Of a stretch of 64,000 bases of DNA, positions 43,773 through 57,859 are shown in pieces (the first letter of the stretch is position 1; the number at the start of each line of letters is the position of its first letter). Both the position numbers and the translations under genes were made by a program. This stretch comes from the human T2T-CHM13v2.0 reference genome, Homo sapiens. The stretch lies in the NCBI RefSeq assembly GCF_009914755.1, contig NC_060928.1; one strand, 5' to 3'. The notes beneath the pieces are model-generated. The model saw only the letters and a list, made by a program, of their open reading frames with translations, did not search any database and was not told the origin of the DNA.

Positions 43773-44446
43773 GTGACCGTCTTATCCTATGTATCGATCA
43801 TTCTCTATATATCATCCATATGGCAGTTCTGGTTGTACACTGTCCAACATGTAACACAATGCATGGCACTCTGGTTGCCATTTCAAACTGAAAATTTTCC
43901 TATAATTAATTAGCAATTGAATGTAACTATAATTTTATCTTATATCTGTATTTCTAGATATATATAAATACACTAGAGGATAAAATAACTATTATGTAAA
44001 TACAGATATACTTTATTATCTCAAAAATTACTTATTCTTTATTTTCAAATTTGATGAGAAAACTACTTAGAAAACATGTTTAGCCTTTTCAACTGACAGT
44101 ACAAATTTGATAAGATTGTTTTCTCTTTTGCTGCTACTGAGAAGAGTACCCCCTATTTCAAGATACATAGGATCAAATATTATCAAATTTTCAGAGACTT
44201 CCCAACTCACGGAAATACTTGAATTGATTTGTTAATAAGTTCAGCACTAAATTATTTTTATTCTCAATGTATGCGTAGAGAAAGTGATGTATTCTTGCCA
44301 ACATGAAGTTATTCATTCACAGCTTCCCTTCTAATAAACAAAGTGATACTGGAACGAAGTTTACCTGTCAGTGATATGTAAACTACACTAATGGTTCTAA
44401 TTTGGCCAACTAATAATAATGTGCTATATTTTAAAAAAGGTTTTAT

Positions 44447-44550
44447 GAATGTGGTGGTGCACACCTGTAGTCCCAGCTACTTGAGAGGCTGAAGCAGGAG
44501 GATCCCTTGAGCCCAAGAATTTCAGGCTACAGTAAGCTATGAAAAAAAAA
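44447..44550 (+). mobile_element. AluJ right-arm fragment
   Basis: gtggtggtgcacacctgtagtcccagctacttgagaggctgaagcaggaggatcccttgagccc. Confidence 0.85.
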
Positions 44551-45929
44551 CAAAGCTTTTTGGGTATGTATTTTGATTCGGCATTGACATTATCAAGTAA
44601 AGGGTGGAGCAAGTAAGTTTTGCTAGTATTAGTTTTTGCTTGTTTGTTTTTAATTATAATAAAATAAAATTAAAGAAATAGGAGTCTCGCACAATAGTTA
44701 ATGGATTCAAGAACAATTTCCAGAATTCCACTTTGTTTTTATGACATGACTGTATTTTTATTTTGAAAATATTTGGAAGTAAAAATTACCTATAACTTTA
44801 TTAGCCAAAAGTTCCAAAGTTATTTTATTTTAACATTGATTTTCTATGATACTTATTTTTATTGTCATATTATTCATGTCAGAAGCATTATGTATTTCTA
44901 ACTATTCTTCTTAACCTTATCTTTTTAAATTGTGTAATATTCTATTATATAAATGTTTACACTTTTTAAATCATTTTCTTTTGATGAATCTTTATGTAGC
45001 TACTAATTTTCATATTACATATAGTGATGCAATAAACATCTTTTATAGAAATACTTTTTCATCCTACAGTAGTTTCTGAATAATAAATCCTGTGAAGTTG
45101 TACTGCTGTGTCAATAATTATGAATATTTTAGAGTGTAAAAGGAGCTTTCTACTGCTACAGAGAAAATTTCACAGTTCTCTGTCCTTAGCCTTCTCTAAA
45201 AGTTTCACTCATAAAACATTATATGTGGTGAAATTTGACAATGAACCTATATGGAGCCAATATATGTGTATATGTGTGTGTGTATGTACATGTGTGTACA
45301 CACCTTGAGCTTCTGTGTGTGTTAAGCTACAATTGTTTGAAAAGTTTGAAATATCCATAGGACACACACACACATACATATTGATTGAGTACATTATTTT
45401 TCAATCTCAATTGTCTCCAAAATGTGATCGGTTTTGGAAAATAAATGTAAATGTATATTGTAAGAAACAATATTGACAATTCCAACACCTTTAATTTGAT
45501 TGAATTTAAAAAATCATTCCAGTAATGTAAAAAAGATAACATATTAAAATGTGTAATATACCTCACCTTTACAGAATAGAATTTTAGGTTTATTTAATAA
45601 AACGAGAGAGAGAAAAAATCAGTTTGCTTGTCAGTACTATTTAGCCATATTCACGTGACCCATATAAGAAGTACAGTTTCCTCCACAGAGGCAAACTGTA
45701 AGATCAACAAAAAAGAGGTTCAAGTAAGAGGTATGTAATATAACCCTTAAAAGAGAAAGGATCATTAACAGATAAAACTTGGCTGTAACTTGATTGAATG
45801 TATTGATACATACAAACTGAAACATTAATCAGATGACATGAATAACTAAAGTAATTACATAAGAAGTATTTCTAGAGGTAATCACTGGTAGTGCCTATCT
45901 AAAACACTGTCCAGGGATGAATGTGTCCT

Positions 45930-46850
45930 AACACATAACAATGTCTCTAGCTTCCAGCTCTGTTGAATTCATAGTGTATCTACTGACATAACATGAATAC
46001 CCATTGGAACTTGAATTTGGACCAACACAAAATTTACTATAATTTCCATGTTTTAATCCCAGTCTGCTGCACACCTATATTTTCTGTCCTTTGATTTTAA
46101 TCCTAATCTATGCTGTCAACATGTTTCTATTTGTTCAGGCCAGAGCTTTATAATCATTTTAGCCACAATATTAATTTTTAAACACCTGTAAAAGCCAACA
46201 TATATTTTGAAATTACCTTCACAACATCTCTGACTTTTTCTTGCCTACACTATTTCTATAATTATTTAGTTGAGATCTCATATCCTTGACCTATCTTCCC
46301 TAAAAATGTTGAAAAAACATCATTATTTGAGTTAACATATGGTCATGTTGTCTTCTGGTTTAAATCATGCCAATGTTAACTACTTTTCTATTAGCTGTGT
46401 CCAAGATGCCTATCAAAGCACACAAAGTCATTCACAATGTAATTGGTCTGACTGGTAAGCTTCTACTCAGCTTCTCAACCCTTAGTGTTTTATGATCTAG
46501 CAATACAAAATGGTTTATTGTTGCAGGACAATAGCACAATGTGTCACATAGCCAGAAGCCTTGCTGGATCCCTCTTCTTGTTATCCCAGGATTTGCCTGG
46601 CTGGCTACATGTCTCTATTCTGTAGATATGTGTGCCCAATATGCCAATAAACACTGTTTTATAATCTCATACTTTTTTTGCTATTGCATTATTGAATTGT
46701 ATATTAATTTATGTCTTTATCTCTTTCCCTTAATATACAGTGGTATTTTAGAGAGTAGCAACTTCATATAATTTTCTGCTAAATCCCCAGTATTTACTCT
46801 GGTGTCTGTCATGTAACCCACACTGAATAAATATATATTGACTTAAAGAT
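45930..46850 (+). mobile_element. L2 (degenerate 3' region)
   Basis: Pyrimidine-rich L2 sense motifs ending atccccagtattta..ggtgtctgtcatgta..gaataaatatatattga. Confidence 0.55.
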
Positions 46851-46905
46851 AAAATGTATTATTGTCATAATTAACCAAAACCTCTTTGAAAGTATTGTGG
46901 CATTA

Positions 46906-47197
46906 TTTTTTTTTTGAGACAGAGTCTCCCTCTGTTGCCCAGGCTGGGGTGCAGTGGCACAACCTTGGCTCACTGAAACCTCTGCCTTCCGGGTTCAAGT
47001 GATTCTTCCACCTCAGTCTCTGGAGGAGCTGGGTTTACAGGTGTGCGCCACCAGGTCAGGCTAATTTTTGTATTTTTAATAGAGATAGGGTTTTGCTATG
47101 TTGGCAGGATTGGACTCAAACTCCTGGTCTCAAACCATCCTCCCACCTCAGCCTCCCAAAGTGCTGGGTTTACAGGCATGAGGCACCACACCTAGCC
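46906..47197 (-). mobile_element. Alu (AluJb-like)
   Basis: Full dimer, antisense, with poly-T. Confidence 0.93.
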
Positions 47198-47734
47198 TGC
47201 AATATTTAACTCTTTAAAAATCCCGGTCTACTAAATTTAAGCAAGGTAATGCACAATAAAATGAAGGTCCAGGAAATCATGTAAGGTTTTATCACGATAC
47301 TTAATATGTGTAGCAATTACACTTCACATGCAGAGAATAAAAATAACTTTATACACTTCAAGCAGAAACTGATTACAGAGATTTAGGTGCTTACAAAATT
47401 GTCGAGAAGGCTATAGAGGCAGCCTCTGGTTTTGGCCTGGGCAAATGCCTTTCTGTTCGTCACCACAAAACTTGCCCACCAAGAAAATTACTACTAGGTA
47501 CTTGTTCCAATTGCCAGATACATGACTGCACCATTTTGTCCACATTCTGTAGATAAAATCAACTTTCATAAATTTTGTCTTCAGAAACACACATGCTTCA
47601 GTCTGGGAATTAGGAAGCAGATTCCAGATCACTTGGCTCCAGAACATGCTGTTTGGAATCCTAGCTGTCAATAACATAAGAATGACAAACATTGCATAAT
47701 TCCATTTATATCAGCGGTCTAAGCCATTCAAACT

Positions 47735-48118
47735 CTTGGTAGCAAAGAATACAACAATGGTTGCCAGGGGCACTAGAGAGTTGTTGTTCAATGGGCATAA
47801 GTTTCAACTGTGCTAGATGAATAAATTCTAGAGCTCTGCTGTGCAATGTAGAGCTTACAGTCAACAATATGGTATCTTGCACTTTATTTGCTAAGAGTTT
47901 GGATCTTGTGTTAAGTGTTCTCACGAAACAAAAGCAAAAAGAACCCCCAAAGGTATACAAGGAAATCTTGGGAGGTGTTGCATATGTCGATTACCTTGGT
48001 TGCAGTGAGGGTATCACGGGTGCATGCATATTCCAAGCTTATTGAATAGTACACATTTACATATGTGCAGTTCTTTGTGTATCAGTTATACTTCAATAAA
48101 GTTGCTTTTAAAAAATAA
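47735..48118 (+). mobile_element. L1MB-like 3' end
   Basis: atggttgccagggg...gatgaataaattctagagctctgctgt...tatacttcaataaagttg. Confidence 0.85.
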
Positions 48119-48355
48119 ATCCTAGTGCAAGGTGGTTTAGGAAATGTACTATATATCTTTTCTGCAGTTGCAGATGACAGGCTGAAACGAAATTGGAACA
48201 GATGGCTTATCTAACATTTCTGCCATAATCTCTCTTTGCAACAAGAGCAAAAGCAACCACATCATAATGATACTGCTAGAAAATATGTTAATATTTATTA
48301 TTAAAAGTCGCATTATTAGTTGTATGTATGTCAAAAATATGAATTTAATTATCTA

Positions 48356-48790
<435 letters not shown>

Positions 48791-51138
48791 TAAATTTTAC
48801 TGGATTCTTCCAATAATATATGCTATACAATCTTAATTTCACATACATAATTCACATTTGCCAATACTCCTTTTCCCATTATAAATACTTTGGATTTCTG
48901 AGTATATATGTATATCTTTTGAATCTCCTTTTTCATTTGTCATTTGGAAATATAGGCACATACACACGTGCACACTTATTTATTTTATAAAATCTATAAA
49001 TTTCTATACCTATAAAATTTATTAAATTATCAAATAATTACATGGCATGTAATTATGATTTCTCTAGCTTAATTTGTACTCTTTCCTGAAATTCTCCACC
49101 TTCAATTTCAAACTCTTTACCCAAGATTTAAACGGCCACTTAGTTTAACTCTTGTGCAGGACTTGAATACAGAGTCAGGCAATTCTTGCTATACAAAAGC
49201 ACGATTAATGCTTCATGTAGCTTCACCTAAGAATGTCTTTACAAGCCTGTGTAATCATTTAGCACAGATGGTGAAAATCTGTAACATGGACCAGTTACCA
49301 TAAGCACAGTTGACCTAATCAAAATTAACACTCACATTAGAAAAGTTTATTATCCATTCATAAAATTCAGTGGTATAACATAAGTGTCATGCCACCTTAG
49401 GTCTTGCATCAGTAATTGATTTGTTTATGATACAAACTAATTCTCAGTATTTTGTCTCTTTCCTGACAATAACAAGTAGAATCATGAACAGGGAAGGTTA
49501 TTATTTACTAGCCACAGCTCAATGTACCATGTAATCAAATCCTTTGTCAGAGCATCCTGCCACATAATCAGATCGTGTGAATTGTCAAAGGCAATTTTAT
49601 AAATATATATTCATTTAAAGCCTCGGTAAGCTTGTTATAGTGTAGGATAAGTTCGTTTTTCTTTTTTTTTTTTTTCCTCTGTTGTTGTATTCTGAATTCT
49701 TGTGTATGGAGTAATTACATTTCTTAAAAATATAACTCAACTGTGAAAAAATAATAAATTCTCTGTTCACCTATAATAAATATTCCCCTTCAAAACCCAA
49801 CACATTAAATTATTATGATGCAATTTGCTTATAATTTTCTCCCAGGATCACTTCTTTACAAGATATTTTAAATGTATTTTTCTGAAATTTCAATAAATAT
49901 TTTTGCTGAGCCACGTTAGAGTTTAATAACAATGCACTACACTGTCAAAAGCTTATCAAAATGTGTTTGGGTATATTTGCGCAGACACTCATACCCACAC
50001 AAAATTACACTAGTTTACAAAGAGCAAGTTTCTATGTGATTTGTGACTCTGCCTTAGTTTGATTTGTACCTGACAGGCAGTTGAACATTCTTCAGGCTTT
50101 GTTTAACTTGGTAACAATGAGCACCTGTCTTCATAAGGTTCATGGTATTGATTTAAATGACTAAGGAAAAAATCAATCTACACTTCTTTTCAGAGGCCAG
50201 GTGACTCACCACTAATAATGAAAAAGGTATTTCATAGTTATTCCTCCAGGGCAGAAATTATATCATCTCTGAGAAATAATAGTGAAGAGATAAGCCTCTA
50301 GTCTCTTAAAAATTACTTATGTGCCCCAGAAAATTATCCAGGAGACATTTCTTCATTCAACACTAACTTTACAATTATTAAATATCTATTATTGCACTCT
50401 GGGCTTTTAAGAGGAAATAGGACATGGGGGATTTAATCTATGTCCTTAGCGAGTGTAGGTTAATGAAATCTACACAAAACAAGAGAACAAGGAGGGGGAA
50501 GCAAGTGAAAGTAGAGAATGAGAAGGAACAGATGTTAGTGGTTATGAAGCAGCCACAAGGGCATTTTGGGCAAATGGAAGTGTTCGAAGAAGGAACTAAT
50601 TGATAATGGTTTGGAAGAGAAAATGTAAGTTAGACTTTCTAGGTAAAAGCTCTTGGACGTGGCCTTATGTGTTATAGGATTTAGTGAAAGGGATAGAATG
50701 GATAGAATGTTTTTGGTTGGGAGAATCTCTTTACCTACTTTCATACTGTCTTATGTCCAATGATAATGTAAAATAATTATAATAATTATTCAATATAACA
50801 GTTATGTGTTAATGATAATAAAAATATAATAACAGTAACAGGGACTTCCTCATGTGCAATAGTCTTGATCTCTTGCCTCAGTCTCTTAATCACTCCCTGT
50901 GCTAAAGGCAGTCACATATATGATGGTGACTTGGGCACAAGCAAAGGGCTTGTTTGGAGAAGCCACGTCGTATCACTTTATGAAGATCCTCTGCCTGATG
51001 GCAGCGTGTTCATCTCTGCTGTATATGTGGGCAGGCCCATGCAGGTTGGCTATAGTTGTTCTCTACCTTCAGTACAGCCTGTGACCAGAAGGCATGTATA
51101 AGTTAAGTTCAAAGTACTGTGATAGAGTAATTGGACAG

Positions 51139-51294
51139 GGATCTCCTTTTTCAGCTTTGGAGACCCCCTCCTTCTGTCTCTGTACAGGGGAGCTTCTTCT
51201 TTCTGCCTTCACTTTTCTTTCTGGCTTATTAAACTCTGCTCCTTAAAACCAAAAAACAAAAACAAAATAAAAAAAACACACAATAAATAAATAA
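51139..51294 (+). mobile_element. Processed (poly-A tailed, TSD-flanked) retrocopy, probably of an ERV1 LTR 3' end
   Basis: ATTAAA at 51228-51233, A-rich tail 51251-51294, TSD agtaattggacag at 51126-51138 and 51295-51307; body resembles ERV1 LTR R regions (ggggagcttcttct...ttattaaactctgctccttaaaacc). Confidence 0.75.
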
Positions 51295-51315
51295 AGTAAT
51301 TGGACAGTAATTTTA

Positions 51316-51648
<333 letters not shown>

Positions 51649-52655
51649 CTAGTAATAATCTCCATTTACCTGAATCCCATACCTGTATTTTTAATCCAGC
51701 TTATCCGTGATCAGGGAAAACACAGTGTAATTATCCACTGGGCTCCCCAAATGCCAATGGGCTTGTAATTTAATAATGAGAAAAGCTAGAACACAATACT
51801 TTTAAGGTCTTTTCTAAATTTTGATGTTTGTGATTTATCCACATTTAAACACAAATGCCAATTTCAATCTCACAAATTATGTACATATAGCATGAAATAG
51901 GCTTATATGTCTGTTATTACTAACATACAACAAATCTGTAAAGTAATCCTTGTTACTCAGAAAAGATATTTCTGGTCTAAAATTCCTGCTTGAAATCATA
52001 CCTTCATCTACATACTGTTTGATGATGATATATACTACAGAGTTCTACAATCCAACAAGATCTCCATCTCATCGTAAGAAATAGTGACATTTTAATTTTG
52101 TTCTGTGATTAGATGAATGCTACAAATGTACCCGCTTTAAACAATTTTTGGTCTCCTCTTAAATAAAAGTGACACATTTAGAAATAGGAAAATTTTGTCT
52201 CATTCTCTAAAACAATTTTGTGCACTTTTTTATTTTAAAAATTCAAATTTATTACAAACTATTAATTAGTTATTAGCCTTTGCTTTTTGGTAAAAGCATT
52301 AGTGCAAAGTTTAAAAGCATATGAATTTGGAAACAAATTTATTTTCTTCCATTTTAAAGAGAATTTTCTTAATCTGAACAATGCCAGACAGGAACATGTA
52401 ATCTGTATTCTTTTTTTGAACTAAAATGTGACCTTTTACCTATGGAAGAAGTCAAGGGTAATTCACCCTATAGGGTTTGAGAATTTAGGTTCTCTTAATA
52501 ACACCACCCGTAATAAGCATGAGGAAGACACTAATGGCATGGATCCTAGTAAAGTTACTTCAGCAAATAAGTCGAGAGAGAAAAGTCCATTTTTGAGACC
52601 TCTATTAACTGAACTAAATAGCCCAGACTTACTCCCCTATTAAAAACAAGCAGTA

Positions 52656-52951
52656 GGCAAAGCATGGTGGCTCATGCCTGTAATCCCATCGCTTTGGGAG
52701 GCCAAGGTGAGAGGGTCTCTGCAGGCCAAGGCAGGAGGATTGCTTGAGCCCGGCAGTTGAAGACCAGCTAGAGCAACATATTGAGATCCCATCTCTACAA
52801 AAAATTTTGAAAATTGGTCAGGCATGGTGCCTGAGGTCCTAGCTAATCAAGATGAGGTTGGAGGATCCCTTGAGCCCAGGATTTTTAGGTTACAGTGAAC
52901 TATGATCACAGCACTGCACTACAGCCTGGGTGACAAAGCAAGACCCTGTCT

Positions 52952-52988
<37 letters not shown>
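52656..52988 (+). mobile_element. Alu (AluJ) with a pure A36 tail
   Basis: AluJ-type aggattgcttgagccc; repeated aggccaagg segment; A run 52953-52988. Confidence 0.92.
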
Positions 52989-52989
<1 letters not shown>

Positions 52990-53566
52990 CAGAAGTTCTG
53001 GACAAATACAAAAGTCATCTGCATTTGCATTAAAGAGCTAGCAAAATAGTCAGAAATTACCAAGTTAAAAGAAGGACAGTGCCTACTTTGGGGACCTGCT
53101 TTTTTGCTCAAAGTGGTTTCTAGATGCTGGGGCAATGGCTGAGGCGCTGAGCAGCACGCTTTTCAGACCTTGGAGAATGGGTGCACTAGGATTAAGGGGG
53201 ACGGGAGGAAGGTAGCTCTGTTCAGTTTTTTAGGCTCTCAAGCAAAGCTTTAGTTAATTTTTGCAATAAGGGAAGTGGTAAATTTAGACAAAACAATGAG
53301 CTTATTTATCTGCACTTCTTTTTTCTTCTGATCTCAGTCCAGCATTTCCTTGTTGTTTCAGTAACTTTCCTGTACCTTTAAAAAAAATTATTTTAAATGT
53401 TCATTCAGATAGTCTATTGAGTATGTCAGCTTAGTCTGCAGTTGCCTGAAGAACTCTCTCCAAAATGAATAGATGAGAAATAGATGATAGATAAAGGTGT
53501 AGACGCTTGCTAGCTATAACCACAACAATAGACATAGGTATAGGTACATATAAATGAACAAAAAAA

Positions 53567-53880
53567 GGCCGGGCGCGGTGGCTCACACCGGTAATCCCAG
53601 CACTTTGGGAGGCCGAGGCCGGTGGATCACCTGAGGTCAGGAGTTCGAGACCCGTGTGGCCAACTAAATATACAAAAAAAAAAAAAAAATTAGCCAGGCA
53701 TAGAGGCGTGTGCCTGTAATCCCAGCTACTCAGGAGGCTGAGGCAGGAGAATTGCTTGAACCCAGGCAGCAGAATTTGCAGTGAGCTGGGGTCGTGCCAC
53801 TGCACTCCAGCCTGCGGAAAAGAGCGAGACTCCATCTCAATAAAAAAAGGAATATAAATAAATAAATAAACAAACAAAAA
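53567..53880 (+). mobile_element. Alu (AluSx-like) with a small left-arm deletion
   Basis: ggccgggcgcggtggctcac start; ggccaac joined directly to taaatatacaaaa. Confidence 0.95.
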
Positions 53881-54360
53881 ATACAGTGATGCAAAAAAAA
53901 AAAAAAATCATGGTACTATTCCATTAAGGCAAAAAATCATTAAAAAAATTTAACATACAAGTTTATTCATCTTCTCTTTATCTTATTTCTGAGGCTATCA
54001 AGTGGTCTTTCTTTTCCTAAAGATCAATTTCATGTTCATCTTTTACTAAGAAGAAAGCTCTGAGTTGGCTCTTCTTCTTTAGTAGTCTTTTTGTTGCAGG
54101 ATGAGATGGAAAACAAGAGATGGAAGAAGAATAGTCACCGCATTTGAAATCATGCAGAAGATGTGGGAGTTAGGGAAAAGGAAGCAATGACTGAAAAAGA
54201 TTACTGAAGTTTTGGTTTAATAAAACATTGCTCTTTTCCCTTCCCCCTTCCAACCCAGCAAGCAAGCCCTTTAATTAAACATACAATGAAAAAAAAGTCG
54301 GGTGGATGTATTCAACTTCTTTGATTTCTACACCATACTCCGAATTTCAAACCTACATGA

Positions 54361-54780
<420 letters not shown>

Positions 54781-55530
54781 TAAAAGCTTTAAGGTTAATG
54801 GCAAAATTGTACTCTTCAGCTTCCCCGTGCAATCCAATACTTAATTTCTATAACGTTACTCATTTTATCCACTAGATTCAATGAGGGTGCTCTGTGCTTC
54901 CCGCCACCTGATATTAATTGTGTAAGCTGGTATTCTATTGGCCAGATCTGACAAATGTGAGAAAATCAATAAATTACAATTTTGGCACATATTTTCACAT
55001 GTTAATATTCTCGATCTAGAAACAAAAAGAGAAAAGAAAATAGTAAAGTGGAGAGGAAAACAGGCTCTTCTTCATATATGATGCCTGTTATGTCTCCTGC
55101 TGAAAGAGAACAACGGCAAGAAAGAAAACATGGTTTCCAAATTAGCTGAGAAATATTTTTTGTCATAGTGATATTCTTTGTCTTAATTGTAAAACTTCTT
55201 GTTTGAAGAAAAAACATATTAAGGAATGTAGTGTGACAAAACCCATTTCACAATTAATAATCTTAAAATGTCAATGATATAAACCCAAAATAAACTTTTG
55301 CCAAAAGTTTAGATGTTTCAAAGGCCCAGGAGTAAAATTAAACACTGCTGTGTGTGCCAATAATTCATTTTCTGAAATTTAAGACAAATGGGAGTGAATA
55401 AGTAAGAAATGGAATAATAGAATTTGTTAAATATTACATTTTGTTAAAGAAAATATAGATTACTTTCTTTAATAAACTGATTTGCAAACACTTTTATTTC
55501 TTTACTCTTAGAAAAAGTTTGGTCACGATA

Positions 55531-55791
55531 TGTATTAGTCCATTCTGCCAAATTACGGGGGAGGCACCTCCTCTCCAGGTAGCAGGAGAATGAGTGCCAA
55601 GCAAAGGGGAAAGAGCCCCTTATAAAACCATCAGCTCTCATGAGAACTCACTCACTATCACGGGAACAGCATGGGGGAACCACTCCCATGATTCAATTAT
55701 GTCCACTTGGTCTCTCCCTTGACCTGTGGGGATTATGGGGATTACAATTCAAGATGAGATTTGAGTGGGGATGCAAAGCCAAACCATATCA
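55531..55791 (-). mobile_element. THE1D/MSTA-like LTR with an internal deletion
   Basis: tgtattagtccattct ... ccccttataaaaccatcag ... gccaaaccatatca; only 261 bp long. Confidence 0.88.
55689..55699 (-). promoter_or_regulatory. DUX4-type motif TAATTGAATCA in the MaLR LTR
   Basis: Plus strand tgattcaatta matches TAAYBBAATCA; binding is not demonstrated. Confidence 0.5.
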
Positions 55792-57324
55792 CTACTGTTT
55801 TACTCCTACTGCAATTAATTTACAAAATGTTAATATACATATATACACCTACACACATAACAGGGACCATACACACAAAGGAAGAGGAGAGCGAGGGAGA
55901 GGGGAGAAAGAAAAAAACAGAATTGCATGGCAATAAGGCAATCCCAGTCACAGGATATCGGCTCCAGGAAGTCAATAGACCCTCTTATCCTTATTTCAAT
56001 GATGAGGAAACAGGCTAATAAGAACAGTTAAGTAAACTATTTTATTAAAGTTTTATGTTCATTAAACTAAACAAACCCTTTCTAGTGATTTGGGTTTTCC
56101 TAACAATGTACCTATCCATTAAGTATTAATTACTGTATGCAATTTCAACATGAATGTTGTGTAAGCAATAGAAATATCTAAGCTTCTGTTTCTTCCTCTG
56201 CTAAGTAAAAGAATACTAATGTGTACCAATTTACCTCTAGCTCTGTAGGAACTGAAATAGCTAGTGTTCTTTCTCTACATTAGATAGAAAGTATCAGAAT
56301 ATATCTATTGAAAGTAAATTGATGTGTGATAGCACTGGTTCTTGAGTTTTACCTCGAATTTTGCTAAAAATATGCTTGACGTCCATACCCAGAGCTAAAG
56401 ATTTAGATACATATAAATAAATATACTACTGCTGATCAAGATATTTTTATTATGAAGGATTATAGCCAAACAATGAAAAAATTTCATATAGAGAACAATT
56501 TAACTTAATTTGAGTAGCTATACCTGCCGTGTCTGCAAGTATAATTTAATTAAAAGAGGAAAACGTGATATTTGGGTAATATGGTTTTGAACCTTTTATC
56601 TAATTACCAACTGTAAGTGCACTGACCTCATGCTGCTACTAAACAACTAAAATAACACAAAATATATTTCCCTAATGTTTCTTACAAAATAAGTGCAGAT
56701 AACCAATTATAAGTAAGTGTTTACTTTCATATTTCCATTTAAGCTAATATATACATATTAAAATTTAGAACCTTAGAAAATGTTAAATTACTAGACTTCT
56801 GTATTAACAGAAAACATTTATCAAAGCATTATTTCAGAAAAGCTTTCCTGCCTTTCATAAACTTGTTTGAAGCAAATGAGGGTTTGAAATGAAGATAAAC
56901 TCTGTGAAAATAAACTACAAATGTCAAAAATGTTGTACTTTCACAAAAGTTTTAAAATTTTCATTGTTTTGTGTTTGTTCTCACAGAGATAATAACTGAT
57001 ACTTTGGTACTCAAATGCAACCTGCTTGGAGATGGTCAATTTATTTATTAAATTTGGCATCATATATACTCTTAATAATTGAGTGTGTTAGATTTTATGT
57101 AACACATTTATGCTATGTTGTCTTCTGATATCCCACTGTCAGATTATGAGTGTCAGAAAATTAGAAATTTTATTTCTAATGAATAAGAAATGACTTACCT
57201 GTATTCCAACTTTATTTGAACCAAAATGTGAAGATGTTTCAATGATATTATGTGATTTTATGATAACAGATGATAACCAAGGAATTGACAATACAGCTAC
57301 TCAGAAGTTTTTTACCCAGGCCAG

Positions 57325-57570
57325 TGATGTTTTTATGGAGGCCTCATTATGTAGCATGAGTAATTAAACCTTTGGCCATTGGTGATCAACTTACCTTCAA
57401 CCGCTCTATCCTCTCAAGAGTTTTAGGGGGTGGGGCTGCAAGTCCCAACCCTCTAATCAAGCCTCTGTCTTTCCAGTGACTAGCTCCATGTCAACATCAG
57501 CATACAAAAAGACAGAACTTCAGAGACTAAGAATTTTAGGAGTTGTATGACAGGAAAAGAGCCCAGGAAC
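57325..57570 (-). mobile_element. MER21A/B LTR fragment
   Basis: ttggccattggtgatcaactt..ggggtggggctgcaagtcccaaccctctaatca..ttttaggagttgtatg. Confidence 0.8.
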
Positions 57571-57859
57571 CTTTTTGCCATTTCTTCCTTTCTTAATCTC
57601 CTGTATTTTTCTCTTTATTTATATCCTGTTTCTTATCTCCCTTTAAAGTTTAAAAAATGAAATATTTTTGTATCTGTTTATCGGTTGCTCTACCAAATAT
57701 CAATTCAAGGATAGTTTAGGTGCAAATTTTGCACTTTTTAACTTACTAAAAAAGAGACAGTGTTTTTTCTTCAATATTAATATCTATGGATGTATCTATA
57801 TATATTAGATTCCAATGTTTAATCATTTATGAAATGCATACATATTTTATAATATATAT

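Noticed and set aside
47411-47692. 93-aa minus-strand ORF in unique sequence
   Set aside because: No recognisable family and no clear donor; cannot be supported as coding.
50848-51110. GC-richer unassigned block with short ORFs
   Set aside because: Could be an ancient repeat or regulatory element, but I cannot assign it from sequence alone.
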